Shown piece after piece: positions 9,225 to 19,536 of a stretch of 64,000 nt of DNA. Source of the DNA: an uncultured Rivularia sp. (GTDB taxonomy: Bacteria; Cyanobacteriota; Cyanobacteriia; Cyanobacteriales; Nostocaceae). Both the position numbers and the translations under genes were made by a program. The notes under the pieces are model-generated. The model worked only from the letters and a program-made list of their open reading frames with translations, searched no databases and was not told where the DNA came from. How positions within the stretch are numbered: the stretch's first letter is position 1; each line of letters begins with the position of its first letter. Location: NCBI GenBank assembly GCA_963665115.1, contig OY762007.1:4064001-4128000 (forward strand), read 5' to 3'.

Positions 9225-10622
9225 TTATTTAGCAATTGCTTTTTCTGAATCTACAATAGCTTCTAATTTTGGTTTATTTTTTGTAAATTCATTTTCCAAT
9301 TGTGAAAGTTTAACTAATAAAAATTTGCGTAAATCAGCTTCACTTTTTTCGCCAACTATTGACAACATAGATAACAGTAAACCTGTAAAATCTTCTTGAT
9401 GCCAAAATTCTAATTGAGGAAGATTTGTAGAAGGACGGCGTAATTCTAAGTCATCTTGTTTGGTAAACTTACTGTGGCAAAATATTATCGGTGTCTCAAT
9501 ACCTATTTGAGATAATGTTGCTACGACTCTGGTTAAATCTCCAGGGTAAATATTCTCGTAACCGTCAGAGATTATTGCAACTAAATCTGGTTCGCCTTTG
9601 AGAGCATCTAATAAAGATGTGGCAATGTCGGTATATCCTTCTGGCATAGGTAATTTATCAACCGTACCGCCGACTTGATAAACTTTGACTTTTGTACAGC
9701 ATTGCTCCAAAACCAGCTTCAAAGCAACCGATTGAGCCAAACAGCAAAACTGGCGATCGCCATAACTGCGAGTGGAAGCGGAAGCGTCAAAAACCAATGC
9801 TAAAGTTCCATCAAAGCGAGGTAATTTAGCTGCTGTTTCCTTAACATAATTCTCCGTAGCTTCCATCAATTGCTCGGATTTGCCACCACGGTAAAGATGA
9901 ACTAAAGTTGCTGCAATATCACCGCGATTAGTTGCCGTAACGGTTTTAGGTCTTTTTTGGTGATTCTCTAAAATTTGGGTATAATTCTTGTGTAATTCTC
10001 GATATTCTCCAGTTGCAGTTTGTAATGCTTCGTGACGGTAAAGCAATTGCAAAATAAGTATTACCTGTTGCTTATCTTTGACAAACCGCAATAAGCTTTG
10101 ATTTAAGTATGTTTCATCTCCACCCAAGGAAACAATTTTTGCACAAGCACGAGCAACATTTTTACCCAAAGCGTGTTCCAAACAATCTTTAACAGCAGGG
10201 CGACGACAGATAGCCATATCTAAGCATTCTGAATGCTCGAAGATATATTTAATAATGACTCTTGCTGTATGTTTATGATTTGCTCGCACCCGTTTCAAAG
10301 CGAGAAATACGGTTAATATTTCATCTGGATGGAGAATAGTTAACAGAAAGTTTGTAGTACTTTCTAAAGTCAAACGGAGATTGTGAGAAAACCCTTTACG
10401 AGAAGCTCTTAAAAGTTGGAAAAGGATGCGTAAACGCTGTTGTGGTGCAACTGTTTCTACAACGCTAAAAAGTGCGTACAATTCTGGATTGTAATCGTAT
10501 GCTTGTTGATGCAAAGCTTCATCATCCCATTCCGGTTGTTTACCATTATTTCGTAATACAAAAAGTTTATTCTGAAGGGATAGATGATTTAGTAAATTAA
10601 AAAGGATTGGTTGATTATTCAT
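9225..10622 (-). CDS. Alpha-helical N-domain plus vWA domain protein (Ro60/TROVE-like architecture)
   Basis: MIDAS DASAS in LALVFDASAS, GYTDIA, IISDGYEN; long helical basic N-terminal region. Confidence 0.7.
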   Translation of the reverse strand: MNNQPILFNLLNHLSLQNKLFVLRNNGKQPEWDDEALHQQAYDYNPELYALFSVVETVAPQQRLRILFQLLRASRKGFSHNLRLTLESTTNFLLTILHPDEILTVFLALKRVRANHKHTARVIIKYIFEHSECLDMAICRRPAVKDCLEHALGKNVARACAKIVSLGGDETYLNQSLLRFVKDKQQVILILQLLYRHEALQTATGEYRELHKNYTQILENHQKRPKTVTATNRGDIAATLVHLYRGGKSEQLMEATENYVKETAAKLPRFDGTLALVFDASASTRSYGDRQFCCLAQSVALKLVLEQCCTKVKVYQVGGTVDKLPMPEGYTDIATSLLDALKGEPDLVAIISDGYENIYPGDLTRVVATLSQIGIETPIIFCHSKFTKQDDLELRRPSTNLPQLEFWHQEDFTGLLLSMLSIVGEKSEADLRKFLLVKLSQLENEFTKNKPKLEAIVDSEKAIAK

Positions 10623-10814
10623 TTTTTAATTAATATTATTAACGACTTTCTCTGTTTTCCTCTTCCTCTGCTTTCTCTGCGTCTCTGCGATTTTATTATG
10701 TCAGTAAACTCAAAATTGATCTGATTAGCAAAGGTTAGCAGAGAGGGATAGAGATAAGGGTAAACGATAATTAATAAATAGCCAATTACCTATTACCAAT
10801 TACCTATTACCTAA

Positions 10815-11807
10815 TTAATGCAACTCACTTCCACCTTTACGAAGTAGATATCGATCGCTAATTAATTTCAAAGTTACTCTTCCGAAAAGCGGGTGAGTTC
10901 TTTCTATCGCTGGTTGAATAACTACACCTTCCATCATGCAATCTGGTGAAAGTGCGCTATCTTTATTATTGAATGTAGAGACTATTTCTTTACTGTAAGC
11001 ACCGAAGTAAAGTAAAGGTGCTGTTGGTAAATTAAACTCTTGGCAGAAAGCTGCGAAATCATTGTAATTAAGGAAATCTTTACCGCGACGCACGGCGAAT
11101 AAAGCAATACCAATGTTTCCGTTTTTTAAACCGTACTTAATGTCTTGTACGCCATAGATTTCTCCAAAAACTTGGGTATCTGCTGGAAGTTTTTGTAAAG
11201 CTTCGTTTTCGTGGTAAGCGCGAATGTAAACCAGGTTTTTGTTAGTTTCGTTATCTTTCCAAAAATAGTTATGGCTAGCAATTTTTACTGTAGAATCAGC
11301 ATCTACTAAAACAGTAAAGTTAGTTCCGTGTATTTTCTCAGTAATTACTATTTCTTCTCCATCAACAAACATATCGGGATAGCGTTTAAGGTGTTGTGGA
11401 GCCGGGAATTTGTAATGTCCGACATGATTTTCCATATCCCCATTCATTGTTTTGGGAATTGGATATTCATACTTAGTAATTCTGAAATGTTCTGTATAAT
11501 CGTCTCCAACACTTCCAGTAAAGTTTTCACCAACAGGAATTAATAAACCTTCTGAAAAAATACCCCGCAATTTTGCAGCACGCAATTTTTTGGAATAATA
11601 TGAACCTATTCCGAATTCTTCTACATATTTATCAGGAATCACGCTATCAATAGGAAAATAAAAAGCTAAATCACCGACTTTAAAATTGCCTTTCGCTGAT
11701 ATAACTTGATATCCCATTCCGTTCATAGAAACAATATCTAATCTATCGGCATTAGGATGAGAATCGACGCTACTAATTTCTACTACTTCAACTTTGAATA
11801 TGCTCAT
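10815..11807 (-). CDS. ATP-dependent RNA ligase, DRB0094/Rnl5 family
   Basis: N-terminal OB fold (HPNADRL, KLRGIFSEGL), motif I EKIHGTN, FGEIYG, EGVVI, K.IS..YL. Confidence 0.9.
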   Translation of the reverse strand: MSIFKVEVVEISSVDSHPNADRLDIVSMNGMGYQVISAKGNFKVGDLAFYFPIDSVIPDKYVEEFGIGSYYSKKLRAAKLRGIFSEGLLIPVGENFTGSVGDDYTEHFRITKYEYPIPKTMNGDMENHVGHYKFPAPQHLKRYPDMFVDGEEIVITEKIHGTNFTVLVDADSTVKIASHNYFWKDNETNKNLVYIRAYHENEALQKLPADTQVFGEIYGVQDIKYGLKNGNIGIALFAVRRGKDFLNYNDFAAFCQEFNLPTAPLLYFGAYSKEIVSTFNNKDSALSPDCMMEGVVIQPAIERTHPLFGRVTLKLISDRYLLRKGGSELH

Positions 11808-11906
11808 ATTTCACCTCTGTTGGAAAGTCGCGAGGCTATAAATAAATCTATTTATAGGTAATTGATAAATGTTTAATCTGTGTTGGGATAAAAATGATTT
11901 GATTAC

Positions 11907-11943
11907 GTATTACAAGTGTAATCAGCAGATAAAAGCCTGTCAA
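11907..11943 (-). promoter_or_regulatory. sigma70 promoter with TrcR-like box upstream of the RNA ligase
   Basis: Minus strand TTGACA-N17-TACACT; box GATTACA-CT-TGTAATAC. Confidence 0.72.
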
Positions 11944-12028
11944 TTATCTGATATTAAGTTCGGATGAATTCTAATAAAAACTTATCTTTTGATGGCTCCT
12001 TCTTGACAAGGAGAGGGTTGGGGTGAGG

Positions 12029-12634
12029 TTAATCGATATCTTCCCCAAGCACAAATCGAACAAACCGACGAACTCGAATATTTTCACCAACCACAGAAAT
12101 TGTGTACCTAATTTGTTCTTCCACGGTGATTTTTTGATTGCGAATAAAAGGTTGATTCATCAAAGTCATTTCCTTGAGGCGCTTTTCAATACGTCCTTTA
12201 ACAATTTTTTCTTTGATATTATCTGGTTTATTCGCCAAATCGTCCCGCTCCATTTCGATCGCTTTTTCCTTCTCAACAATTTCTGCTGGAATATCTTCTA
12301 CATTCAGATATTTAATATTAGAATAAGCTGCAATTTGCATTGCAATATCTTTCACCAACACTTGAAAAGCTTCAGTTTTAGCTACAAAATCAGTTTCGCA
12401 ATTTACCTCTAGCAAAACTCCTACTTTTCCACCTGTATGAATGTAGCTTGAAATGATTCCTTCTGCTGTAATCTTTTCATTAATAGGAGTAAAAGCAATA
12501 GATGTTCTCCGTAACCATATAATTGCTGCTTCAACATCACCATTAGTTGCTTTCAGCGCTTTTTTACAGTCCATCATTCCCACACCAGTTTTTTGGCGCA
12601 GTTGTTGGACAATTGTTGCATTTATGTCCACCAT
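12029..12634 (-). CDS. tsf: Elongation factor Ts, divergent probable second copy
   Basis: LRQKTGVGMMDCKKAL, YIHTGGKVGVLLEVNCETDFVA, VRRFVRFVLGE; not next to rpsB. Confidence 0.9.
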   Translation of the reverse strand: MVDINATIVQQLRQKTGVGMMDCKKALKATNGDVEAAIIWLRRTSIAFTPINEKITAEGIISSYIHTGGKVGVLLEVNCETDFVAKTEAFQVLVKDIAMQIAAYSNIKYLNVEDIPAEIVEKEKAIEMERDDLANKPDNIKEKIVKGRIEKRLKEMTLMNQPFIRNQKITVEEQIRYTISVVGENIRVRRFVRFVLGEDID

Positions 12635-12673
12635 AATTCAATTTTAGATTTTGGATTTTATCGCAAAATTAGT

Positions 12674-13120
<447 letters not shown>

Positions 13121-13510
13121 TTACTTCAGAGACACTTTTGCTTCCACTGCTTCCAATTGTTGTTTAATATTTTCAGCTTCAGCAATTGCAATTCCAGTTT
13201 TTACCGTTTGAGGTAGGTTCTCAACAAAGTCTTTTGCTTCTTTCAATCCTAAACCCTTTATTTCTCGTACTAATTTAAGAATTGAAATCTTTTTATTAGG
13301 AGCAACTTCCTCTAAAACCACATCAAACTCCGTTTGTTGAGTTTCAATCTGCTTTTTATCTGGAATTAAGTTAATTAAGACAGGCAAATTAACTTGAGAG
13401 CGAGAAGCATCAACATTAAAAGTATCTTCTATTAATTTAATTAACTCAGTAGTTTCAATTAAACTTAAGGACTTTAATTTTTCTAAAATTTCGACAGTTT
13501 GAACAGACAT
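13121..13510 (-). CDS. rplL: 50S ribosomal protein L7/L12, divergent probable second copy
   Basis: ILEKLKSLSLIE..ELIK.IEDTF.V, EFDVVLEEV..KKI.ILK.VR...GLGLKEAKD; not in rplKAJL context. Confidence 0.88.
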   Translation of the reverse strand: MSVQTVEILEKLKSLSLIETTELIKLIEDTFNVDASRSQVNLPVLINLIPDKKQIETQQTEFDVVLEEVAPNKKISILKLVREIKGLGLKEAKDFVENLPQTVKTGIAIAEAENIKQQLEAVEAKVSLK

Positions 13511-13590
13511 GATACACTTCCATCTTCAGCCAATATTGGCTAGCTTTCTTTAGATTTTTAAATCATCTCGCGCAAGTCTAAAAGCTGTTG

Positions 13591-13662
13591 TTCACACACA
13601 AAAGTCTTACCCGTTAACAGTCGGTTAATATCCGAATTCTCTACCAGTGAGCTATTATGTAA
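13591..13662 (-). pseudogene. Degenerate tRNA-like element (tRNA-Asn-derived)
   Basis: TA-GCTC-ACTGGTA-GAGA D arm; TCGG-ATATTAA-CCGA anticodon arm (compare tRNA-Asn TCGG-CTGTTAA-CCGA); decayed T arm. Confidence 0.55.
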
Positions 13663-13764
13663 GCTTTTTATATTAGGGTGCGAGGTGAATTACTTATTTA
13701 TTTCAATTCAGTAAAACGGAAACTCACTGAGTTATATACTCATGTATATTAACCAACTACAGTT

Positions 13765-13794
13765 ATACTACATATGTAATATGTAAATTGTCAA
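13765..13794 (-). promoter_or_regulatory. sigma70 promoter with TrcR-like box upstream of the tRNA-like element and rplL-tsf
   Basis: Minus strand TTGACA-N18-TAGTAT; box ATACTACA-TA-TGTAATAT at 13765-13782. Confidence 0.72.
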
Positions 13795-13975
13795 GGGTTT
13801 TTTAAAAGATATATTGTATTGTTTAAATTATTGGCAATATAAATACTGAAAACAGACAAACAATACAGCACTTCACTATTAAGTAAAACTGAAAATATAA
13901 AGTAAGAAGACAAACTAGACCTATAAGTGAACTTTTGCTCGTCTAGATTGCCTAATTATTCCCATATTTAAACAT

Positions 13976-14368
13976 TTATTCGATTGCAAGAGAAGCGCTT
14001 TTACGGGCTTCCAACCAGAGATTGTGGAGGAAACATTCAGTGCTATGAGTCATAGTAGTAACAAAACCACCGCTGATACTTTGCGCGTTTATTGATAGCC
14101 AATAACCCCGTAAAGAAACTTCTATAAATTCTGTATCGCAAGCGTAAACATCTATAATTTCCCTGTTATTATCTTGCTCTACTTCGGTATGTAATTGCCC
14201 TAATCCTGGTAAATCAACAGGAAGCAAAAATGTTGCCGTGCTGGGTTCAACGCACAAACTTTGACCGATTCGTAAAGTTAGTATGACTCGGGCTTGTATC
14301 CATTCTTCTACGGATTCAGTTAAAAGCTCTAGGTAAAAACTGTTTTCTGTATAAGTTAATTTCAGCAT
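13976..14368 (-). CDS. Alr0857-family protein
   Basis: MLKLTYTENSFYLE start and EPSTATFLLP; follows the HNH gene as recalled for Nostoc. Confidence 0.7.
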   Translation of the reverse strand: MLKLTYTENSFYLELLTESVEEWIQARVILTLRIGQSLCVEPSTATFLLPVDLPGLGQLHTEVEQDNNREIIDVYACDTEFIEVSLRGYWLSINAQSISGGFVTTMTHSTECFLHNLWLEARKSASLAIE

Positions 14369-14384
14369 TCTTCATGCTCTCCTG

Positions 14385-14903
14385 TTACTCCAGGTTTGCT
14401 TGCACAACACCTTTCCAAAACTGCTCTGCAAAAGAAACAGTTGGGTGGACGGGTGATTTTGGTTTTGTACGAAGTGGCATCCCAGCTTCCTTGGGGGTGC
14501 GGTTACTTTTGCGAGAGTTACACTCAGAACAAGCGGCTACAACGTTCTCCCAGGTATGACGGCCACCACGAGAACGGGGAATCACATGATCTAATGTTAA
14601 GTTTTTGTTACTACCGCAGTATTGGCAACTATTGCGATCGCGACGTAAAATTCCCCGACGATTGACGGGTGGTACTTTCCACATCCGCTCGCGAGAAGAA
14701 ATTTTTAAACGGATATGCTTGGGTACGTAAACTATCAAGTTGGGCGAGCTGATATGCCACCCACTTTCCGTGGTAATATCCAATGGTTCTGCTTTCTCAG
14801 TTACCAAAAGCACGACGGCCCGCTTAATATTCACTCGACACAGCGGTAAGTAATTTTGTGAAAACACAACTACGGATTTTTCTAGTACTTGCATTATGCT
14901 CAT
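14385..14903 (-). CDS. HNH endonuclease (McrA-like)
   Basis: RRD..CQYCG...[13 protein letters not shown]...[20 protein letters not shown] before MSIMQ. Confidence 0.92.
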   Translation of the reverse strand: MSIMQVLEKSVVVFSQNYLPLCRVNIKRAVVLLVTEKAEPLDITTESGWHISSPNLIVYVPKHIRLKISSRERMWKVPPVNRRGILRRDRNSCQYCGSNKNLTLDHVIPRSRGGRHTWENVVAACSECNSRKSNRTPKEAGMPLRTKPKSPVHPTVSFAEQFWKGVVQANLE

Positions 14904-14922
14904 CGCAGCTTGGCTCCTCATG

Positions 14923-14960
14923 AAAAACCCCCGCTTCTTTTTTCAAGAAAGCGGGGGTTA
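14923..14960 (-). terminator. Intrinsic terminator immediately upstream of the HNH RBS
   Basis: Minus strand AACCCCCGCTT..AAGCGGGGGTTTTT. Confidence 0.75.
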
Positions 14961-14984
14961 AATGTTGACTTTGAAGTCTTTTAT

Positions 14985-15131
14985 TTAATGTGTGGCATGG
15001 CATCTGTAATGCCAGTACCTCCCGCTTGTTTTATCTGGTTTTAGTTGTTTGAGTAAATAAATAATTTTGGTATATTCACTATTTTGATTACTTTGTCTAA
15101 ATTGCCCGCGATCTAAATTACATCCGCCCAT
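14985..15131 (-). CDS. Putative 48-aa leader peptide/small protein
   Basis: GGAG RBS 9 nt before the ATG; MGGCNL...WHYRCHATH. Confidence 0.4.
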   Translation of the reverse strand: MGGCNLDRGQFRQSNQNSEYTKIIYLLKQLKPDKTSGRYWHYRCHATH

Positions 15132-15239
15132 AAATAAATACTCCACTTCCGCCGCTGCTGATTCCCAACCTGCTCGATGGTTGGAAATAAATGGGGAAGT
15201 GGAGTTGGACTGAATAAATATCACGGAAAATTTCACCTG

Positions 15240-15286
15240 TTGAACATTTCTATAAACATACTACACTTGTATTACTATCCTGTCTA
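15240..15286. promoter_or_regulatory. Divergent promoters overlapped by a TrcR-like box
   Basis: Box ATACTACA-CT-TGTATTAC at 15258-15275; plus strand TTGAAC-N16-TACACT; minus strand TAGACA-N17-TAGTAT. Confidence 0.7.
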
Positions 15287-15306
15287 TAGTTTTAAGGAGA
15301 AAAATC

Positions 15307-15642
15307 ATGCATACAATTGCTCGCACACCTACCACCGAGATGGAAGTAACTAGCATCCGCTTGGAACGGGAGCTAAAAGACAAGTTAAAAGAACTATCAG
15401 GGAATCAGGGATATCAAGCGTTAATTCGAGATATTTTATGGAATTACGTCCAGCAAAAATCAGGTGAATGGAAGCCGCGATTTTCGCGTGCTGATATTCG
15501 GGCAAGTATAGCCGCAACATCCCAGCAAGAAGAACGCTGCGTACTCACAGGCCAAGTAATTCAAGCTCAACAGCCAATGCTGCTAGGACTTACGAAAACT
15601 GGGGATATGGTTCCTTTAAGTATAGAAAGTTTAGCTGGCTAA
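15307..15642 (+). CDS. trcR: Ribbon-helix-helix transcriptional repressor, TrcR (All0854)-like
   Basis: RHH pattern VTSIRLERELKDKLKEL...YQALIRDIL; divergent from the HNH/alr0857 pair as recalled for Anabaena PCC 7120. Confidence 0.7.
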   Translation: MHTIARTPTTEMEVTSIRLERELKDKLKELSGNQGYQALIRDILWNYVQQKSGEWKPRFSRADIRASIAATSQQEERCVLTGQVIQAQQPMLLGLTKTGDMVPLSIESLAG

Positions 15643-15662
15643 CCCCTTCTTTAAACAGCACG

Positions 15663-15708
15663 GCCCAATGATTCCATTTTCAGCAATCATTGGGCTGCCT
15701 TATTTTTA
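15663..15708 (+). terminator. Stem-loop terminator after trcR
   Basis: GCCCAATGATT..AATCATTGGGC followed by a T-rich tract. Confidence 0.6.
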
Positions 15709-16378
15709 TAGGAATAATTATTAAAATCTTTAATACAAAAAGCAATAAGGATATATTTAATGGTTTGCATGGGATTTTTATATTCAAGAGGTATATGTAG
15801 CTTATAAAGCCGTTGGGAGCAGCATTTTTTGATTTATAGGGGGTATGACAGTACTTGACATATGCAAACCTTGAGCCTAAGAAGTAAGTGACCGATAAGA
15901 ATAGGAGTTAAAAATTAATAAAACATCTAGTCACCCATGATTATTCTTTTTACCTGTCCCTAGCGAAAATTTAATTATCTGACGACCGATAGAAAATTAC
16001 TCTTACAAAGCTTGTTTGGGTAGAAATAAATAGTACGATTGTAGCTTTGAGTCTAAGTGGGAATGCGGACAATATTCACGGAGTATTTGATTCTACTCTA
16101 GAGAAAATACGGTTTGTCTGAAGTTGTAGATGAGGATATTCTGGGTCTGAGAAAAGCAAAAAATACTGACCGGCATCCGAAGCGACTTACTAGAGTATTA
16201 GAAACAATTGAGTATACTGATAATATTTCTTTGCTCGTGGCAAAATTTTTTATATACCAGTGACAAAAGTCATTTTAAAAGAAAGGGGCTATAACAGGTG
16301 AAAGAATTTATTTGTAGAACCCTTTGCGGTTCATCAGGGTGCAATTACAAAAAGAAAGGTAAATAAAGTACCAGGAGG

Positions 16379-18457
16379 TTGGGTAAAACGACGATGAGGT
16401 CATTATCCAAGAGTGTGCCACAAATGAAAAAGCGTATAACAACATCGCCGCAGCAGCGCCCGGATGAACAACAAGACCTAGTAAAATACCAATTTAAGCT
16501 GATGCAGCATCAGGAAACACCTGCCCATCGATTGGTATATGAAATCAATCAAATTATTGCTTCCTCTTGCACGCCTCCCGACCTTATGCTGCAAGAAATT
16601 GCTCGGCTAGTGGGAAGCGCTTTAGAGGTAGATTACTGCTGTTTAGTAACTGACCATAATCAAGGAGAAGCCTTGAGTGCTAGTTGGGGTGCCCAAAAAG
16701 ATTATCTGGGTTTATCCAACCATCAGGAAGCGTTTTCCATAGAACAATTAGAATTACCAGTAGTAGAATGCGCGGCGGAGCCATTTACTATTGAGGATAT
16801 TTCCACAATTCAGGAAAGTTTGGTTATAGGTTGTCAGAATTTTCCTTTACCAATAAAAGCTGTATTAGCCATTCCGACTCGCTTTGGTGGTGAAAATAAC
16901 GGCGTAATTAGTCTCATTAAATGCGAGCCTTATGAATGGAGCGATACAGAGAAACAACTTTTAAGGGCTGTAGAATCTTGTTGCGCCATTGCTTTTGCTC
17001 AAGTCGCACAAGAACGGATAATTTCTTCACAAAAACAGCAGGTGCGAAAAAGCGAACAGCACCAAAGCTTGATTCAGCAATTAACTATACTCAACCGCAG
17101 CAACTTAGAGTTTAACCAAATGCTCCAGTTGGTGGTTTCCTCTACAGGAGAAGCTTTAGGGGCAGACCGTGGTTTATTAATTTTATTAAAATACTCAGAC
17201 CCTTTATTTAGAATTCGTGCTAAAGCGCAAATTCCTAAAGCTAAAGCCACTGTTGTTAGTGAATGGTGTAAAGAAACAGAATATACGCTTTGTGAGGAAT
17301 TAAAATCCTTAGAACAGTCTTACTCGCTTGCAGATTGCGGTATATCCCAGCGTGCCTTTAAAGCGTCTAAGCCCGTAACCATAAATGACAATTCAGATAG
17401 GCGTAAAGATACTTCTACAATTGCTCCAGTGTTTGTTTTAGACAAATTACCCGCAGCGCTGCTAATGCCTTTAGAAAGCCAAGGTAAAGTCTTAGGATTT
17501 TTGGTACTACAGCAGAAGCAACGCCGCAATTGGCAGCAAGCTGAATTAAATATCGTTGAAATGGTTTGCGCTCAAATCAGCAATGCGATTATTCAGACGC
17601 AAACTCTTAAGCAAGTACAAACCCTTGTAGACGAACGCACCGCTCAACTACAGCGTAGTTTGGAAGTTCAAGCTAAGTTATACGAAAGAACGCGGCAATA
17701 CGTCGAGCAGTTACGCGAACTTAACGAACTCAAAGATGAATTTTTGAGCAACATGAGCGATCGCCTGCGTTATCCTTTGACAAATATGCGTATGGCGCTG
17801 CGTAATTTACGCCAACCCCAAATCGATGCAGATCGCCAAGCAAGGTACATGGATATTCTGGAGCAGGAATGTACTAAAGAAATTAATTTGATTAATGACT
17901 TACTTACACTCCAGAAGTTGGAAACTCACCAAGAACGTCCGCAGTTTGAAACAATTGATTTAAATAGTAAAATTCAAGATACAGCAGCAGCTTTTGATAA
18001 AAAATTAGCAGAAAAAGGATTGAGTATTTCGTTAGAGTTACCATCGGAACAGCTCAAACTGCAAACTGAAGTAGAAAGTTTCGATCGTATCCTCCAAGAG
18101 TTGCTCACAAATACTTGTAAGTATTCCGAGCATGATAGTGCTGTAGAATTGCGAGTTTCCCAGATTTACGAAACAGAGACTAAAACCAACCAATTACAAA
18201 TCCAGGTCATCAACGTTGGGCGTGGTATATCTGAAGAAGAAGCGACCTTTATATTTGACAAATTCCGTCGAGGTAAAGGTAGATGGACTCCTGGTACTGG
18301 CTTGGGATTAGCTTTGGTTAAATCTTTAATACAGCATCTCAATGGAGAAATAAGCGTAGAAAGTAGTTCTATTGAAGATTCTGAGTTAAGCCTCATAAGA
18401 TTCACTTTAACTTTCCCACAATTTTCTGATGATAGCGAAGCCTCGGAGCCTTCATGA
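16379..18457 (+). CDS. Two-GAF sensor histidine kinase-like protein (H-box His absent)
   Basis: Two GAF domains; HisKA-like KDEFLSNMSDRLRYPL; HATPase N, G1, F and G2 boxes (GTGLGL). Confidence 0.88.
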   Translation: MGKTTMRSLSKSVPQMKKRITTSPQQRPDEQQDLVKYQFKLMQHQETPAHRLVYEINQIIASSCTPPDLMLQEIARLVGSALEVDYCCLVTDHNQGEALSASWGAQKDYLGLSNHQEAFSIEQLELPVVECAAEPFTIEDISTIQESLVIGCQNFPLPIKAVLAIPTRFGGENNGVISLIKCEPYEWSDTEKQLLRAVESCCAIAFAQVAQERIISSQKQQVRKSEQHQSLIQQLTILNRSNLEFNQMLQLVVSSTGEALGADRGLLILLKYSDPLFRIRAKAQIPKAKATVVSEWCKETEYTLCEELKSLEQSYSLADCGISQRAFKASKPVTINDNSDRRKDTSTIAPVFVLDKLPAALLMPLESQGKVLGFLVLQQKQRRNWQQAELNIVEMVCAQISNAIIQTQTLKQVQTLVDERTAQLQRSLEVQAKLYERTRQYVEQLRELNELKDEFLSNMSDRLRYPLTNMRMALRNLRQPQIDADRQARYMDILEQECTKEINLINDLLTLQKLETHQERPQFETIDLNSKIQDTAAAFDKKLAEKGLSISLELPSEQLKLQTEVESFDRILQELLTNTCKYSEHDSAVELRVSQIYETETKTNQLQIQVINVGRGISEEEATFIFDKFRRGKGRWTPGTGLGLALVKSLIQHLNGEISVESSSIEDSELSLIRFTLTFPQFSDDSEASEPS

Positions 18458-19020
18458 TTAAACAACAGAACTTTCCCCAAGAAGATTTAAATTCCACGGG
18501 GAATAATAGCAAAAATCCGAATTTACAAGCTGTAAGTGTCGAAGTCGAGAAAATAACAGAACGTCAACGACAAATTACGGCTAAAATTCAAATTCCTCAC
18601 CCGGTAGAAAAAGTTTGGCAGGTGCTAACCGATTATCAAGCTTTATCTGATTTTGTTCCCAGCCTAGCTTCTTCTAAGAAATTAGAACATCCTAGCGGAG
18701 GTATCCGCTTGGAACAGATCGGTTCGCAGCGCTTGCTGCGGCTGAATTTTTCGGCACGAGTAGTTCTAGATTTAGAAGAGTCTTTTCCCAATCTTATTAG
18801 CTTCCAAATGGTGGAAGGAGATTTTAAGGATTTCTCAGGTAGCTGGCGTTTAAACAACTGCGTCTTAGACGATAAAACAAGTACCTTACTTTGCTACACG
18901 GTAAAAGTTTGGCCTAAGCTAACCATGCCAATCAGAATTATCGAACCTCGTCTTTCTCAAGATATGCAGTCAAATCTTTTAGCCGTTCGCGAACGTGTGG
19001 AAGAGTTGACAGAAAATTAG
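18454..19020 (+). CDS. SRPBCC/START cyclase-dehydrase family protein
   Basis: VWQVLTDY..L..F.P.L; FQMVEGDFK.FSGSW. Confidence 0.85.
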   Translation: MIKQQNFPQEDLNSTGNNSKNPNLQAVSVEVEKITERQRQITAKIQIPHPVEKVWQVLTDYQALSDFVPSLASSKKLEHPSGGIRLEQIGSQRLLRLNFSARVVLDLEESFPNLISFQMVEGDFKDFSGSWRLNNCVLDDKTSTLLCYTVKVWPKLTMPIRIIEPRLSQDMQSNLLAVRERVEELTEN

Positions 19021-19094
19021 AAAGGGTAGCCTTATTATTACTAAGTGCTACCCTTTTTAATTTCAAATTAACTCTAGAATATCTAGATAATTAA

Positions 19095-19167
19095 TACCCC
19101 CAAGGGAATTCGAATCCCTGTCGCCTCCGTGAAAGGGAGGTGTCCTAGGCCTCTAGACGATGGGGGC
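19095..19167 (-). tRNA. trnE: tRNA-Glu(UUC)
   Basis: GCCCCCATCGTCTAGAGGCCTAGGACACCTCCCTTTCACGGAGGCGACAGGGATTCGAATTCCCTTGGGGGTA; CCA not encoded. Confidence 0.97.
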
Positions 19168-19536
19168 CTGCGTTCTTAACTTTTATAAATTTAGCGACTT
19201 TCCCGAAATTTGTCAATACCCGCCTTTAAAAAAATTATTAACGCTTGCAGAAATCCCCCATATTGCGAGCAGCAGGTTAAAGTGGTGGAAAGTAACATAG
19301 GTAATGGGCTATTATTTTTCAAAAATTTTGCAACAATTCCCGCTGGTCTTCTTGAATAAACGCGAAGGCATTTCGCGGCTATTGTACAAAGACAAAGAAA
19401 ATGCTGTATTATAACCAATCTAGGAAAAGACTATTAATTCAACAACTATTGAGGGGCAACAACCTTTCATCAATCAAATTTAATATTTACTATTCTGATC
19501 GACAGATTTTGAAATACACGGCTCAAAATCTCCAAT

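Noticed and set aside
13676..13745. Second degenerate tRNA upstream of the Asn-like element (ATAACTCAGTG D-arm-like text)
   Set aside because: No convincing anticodon or T arm could be folded.
14985..15236. 83-aa ORF as listed in the track
   Set aside because: Its 5' part coincides with the leader hairpin and has no RBS; only the ATG at 15131 has a GGAG.
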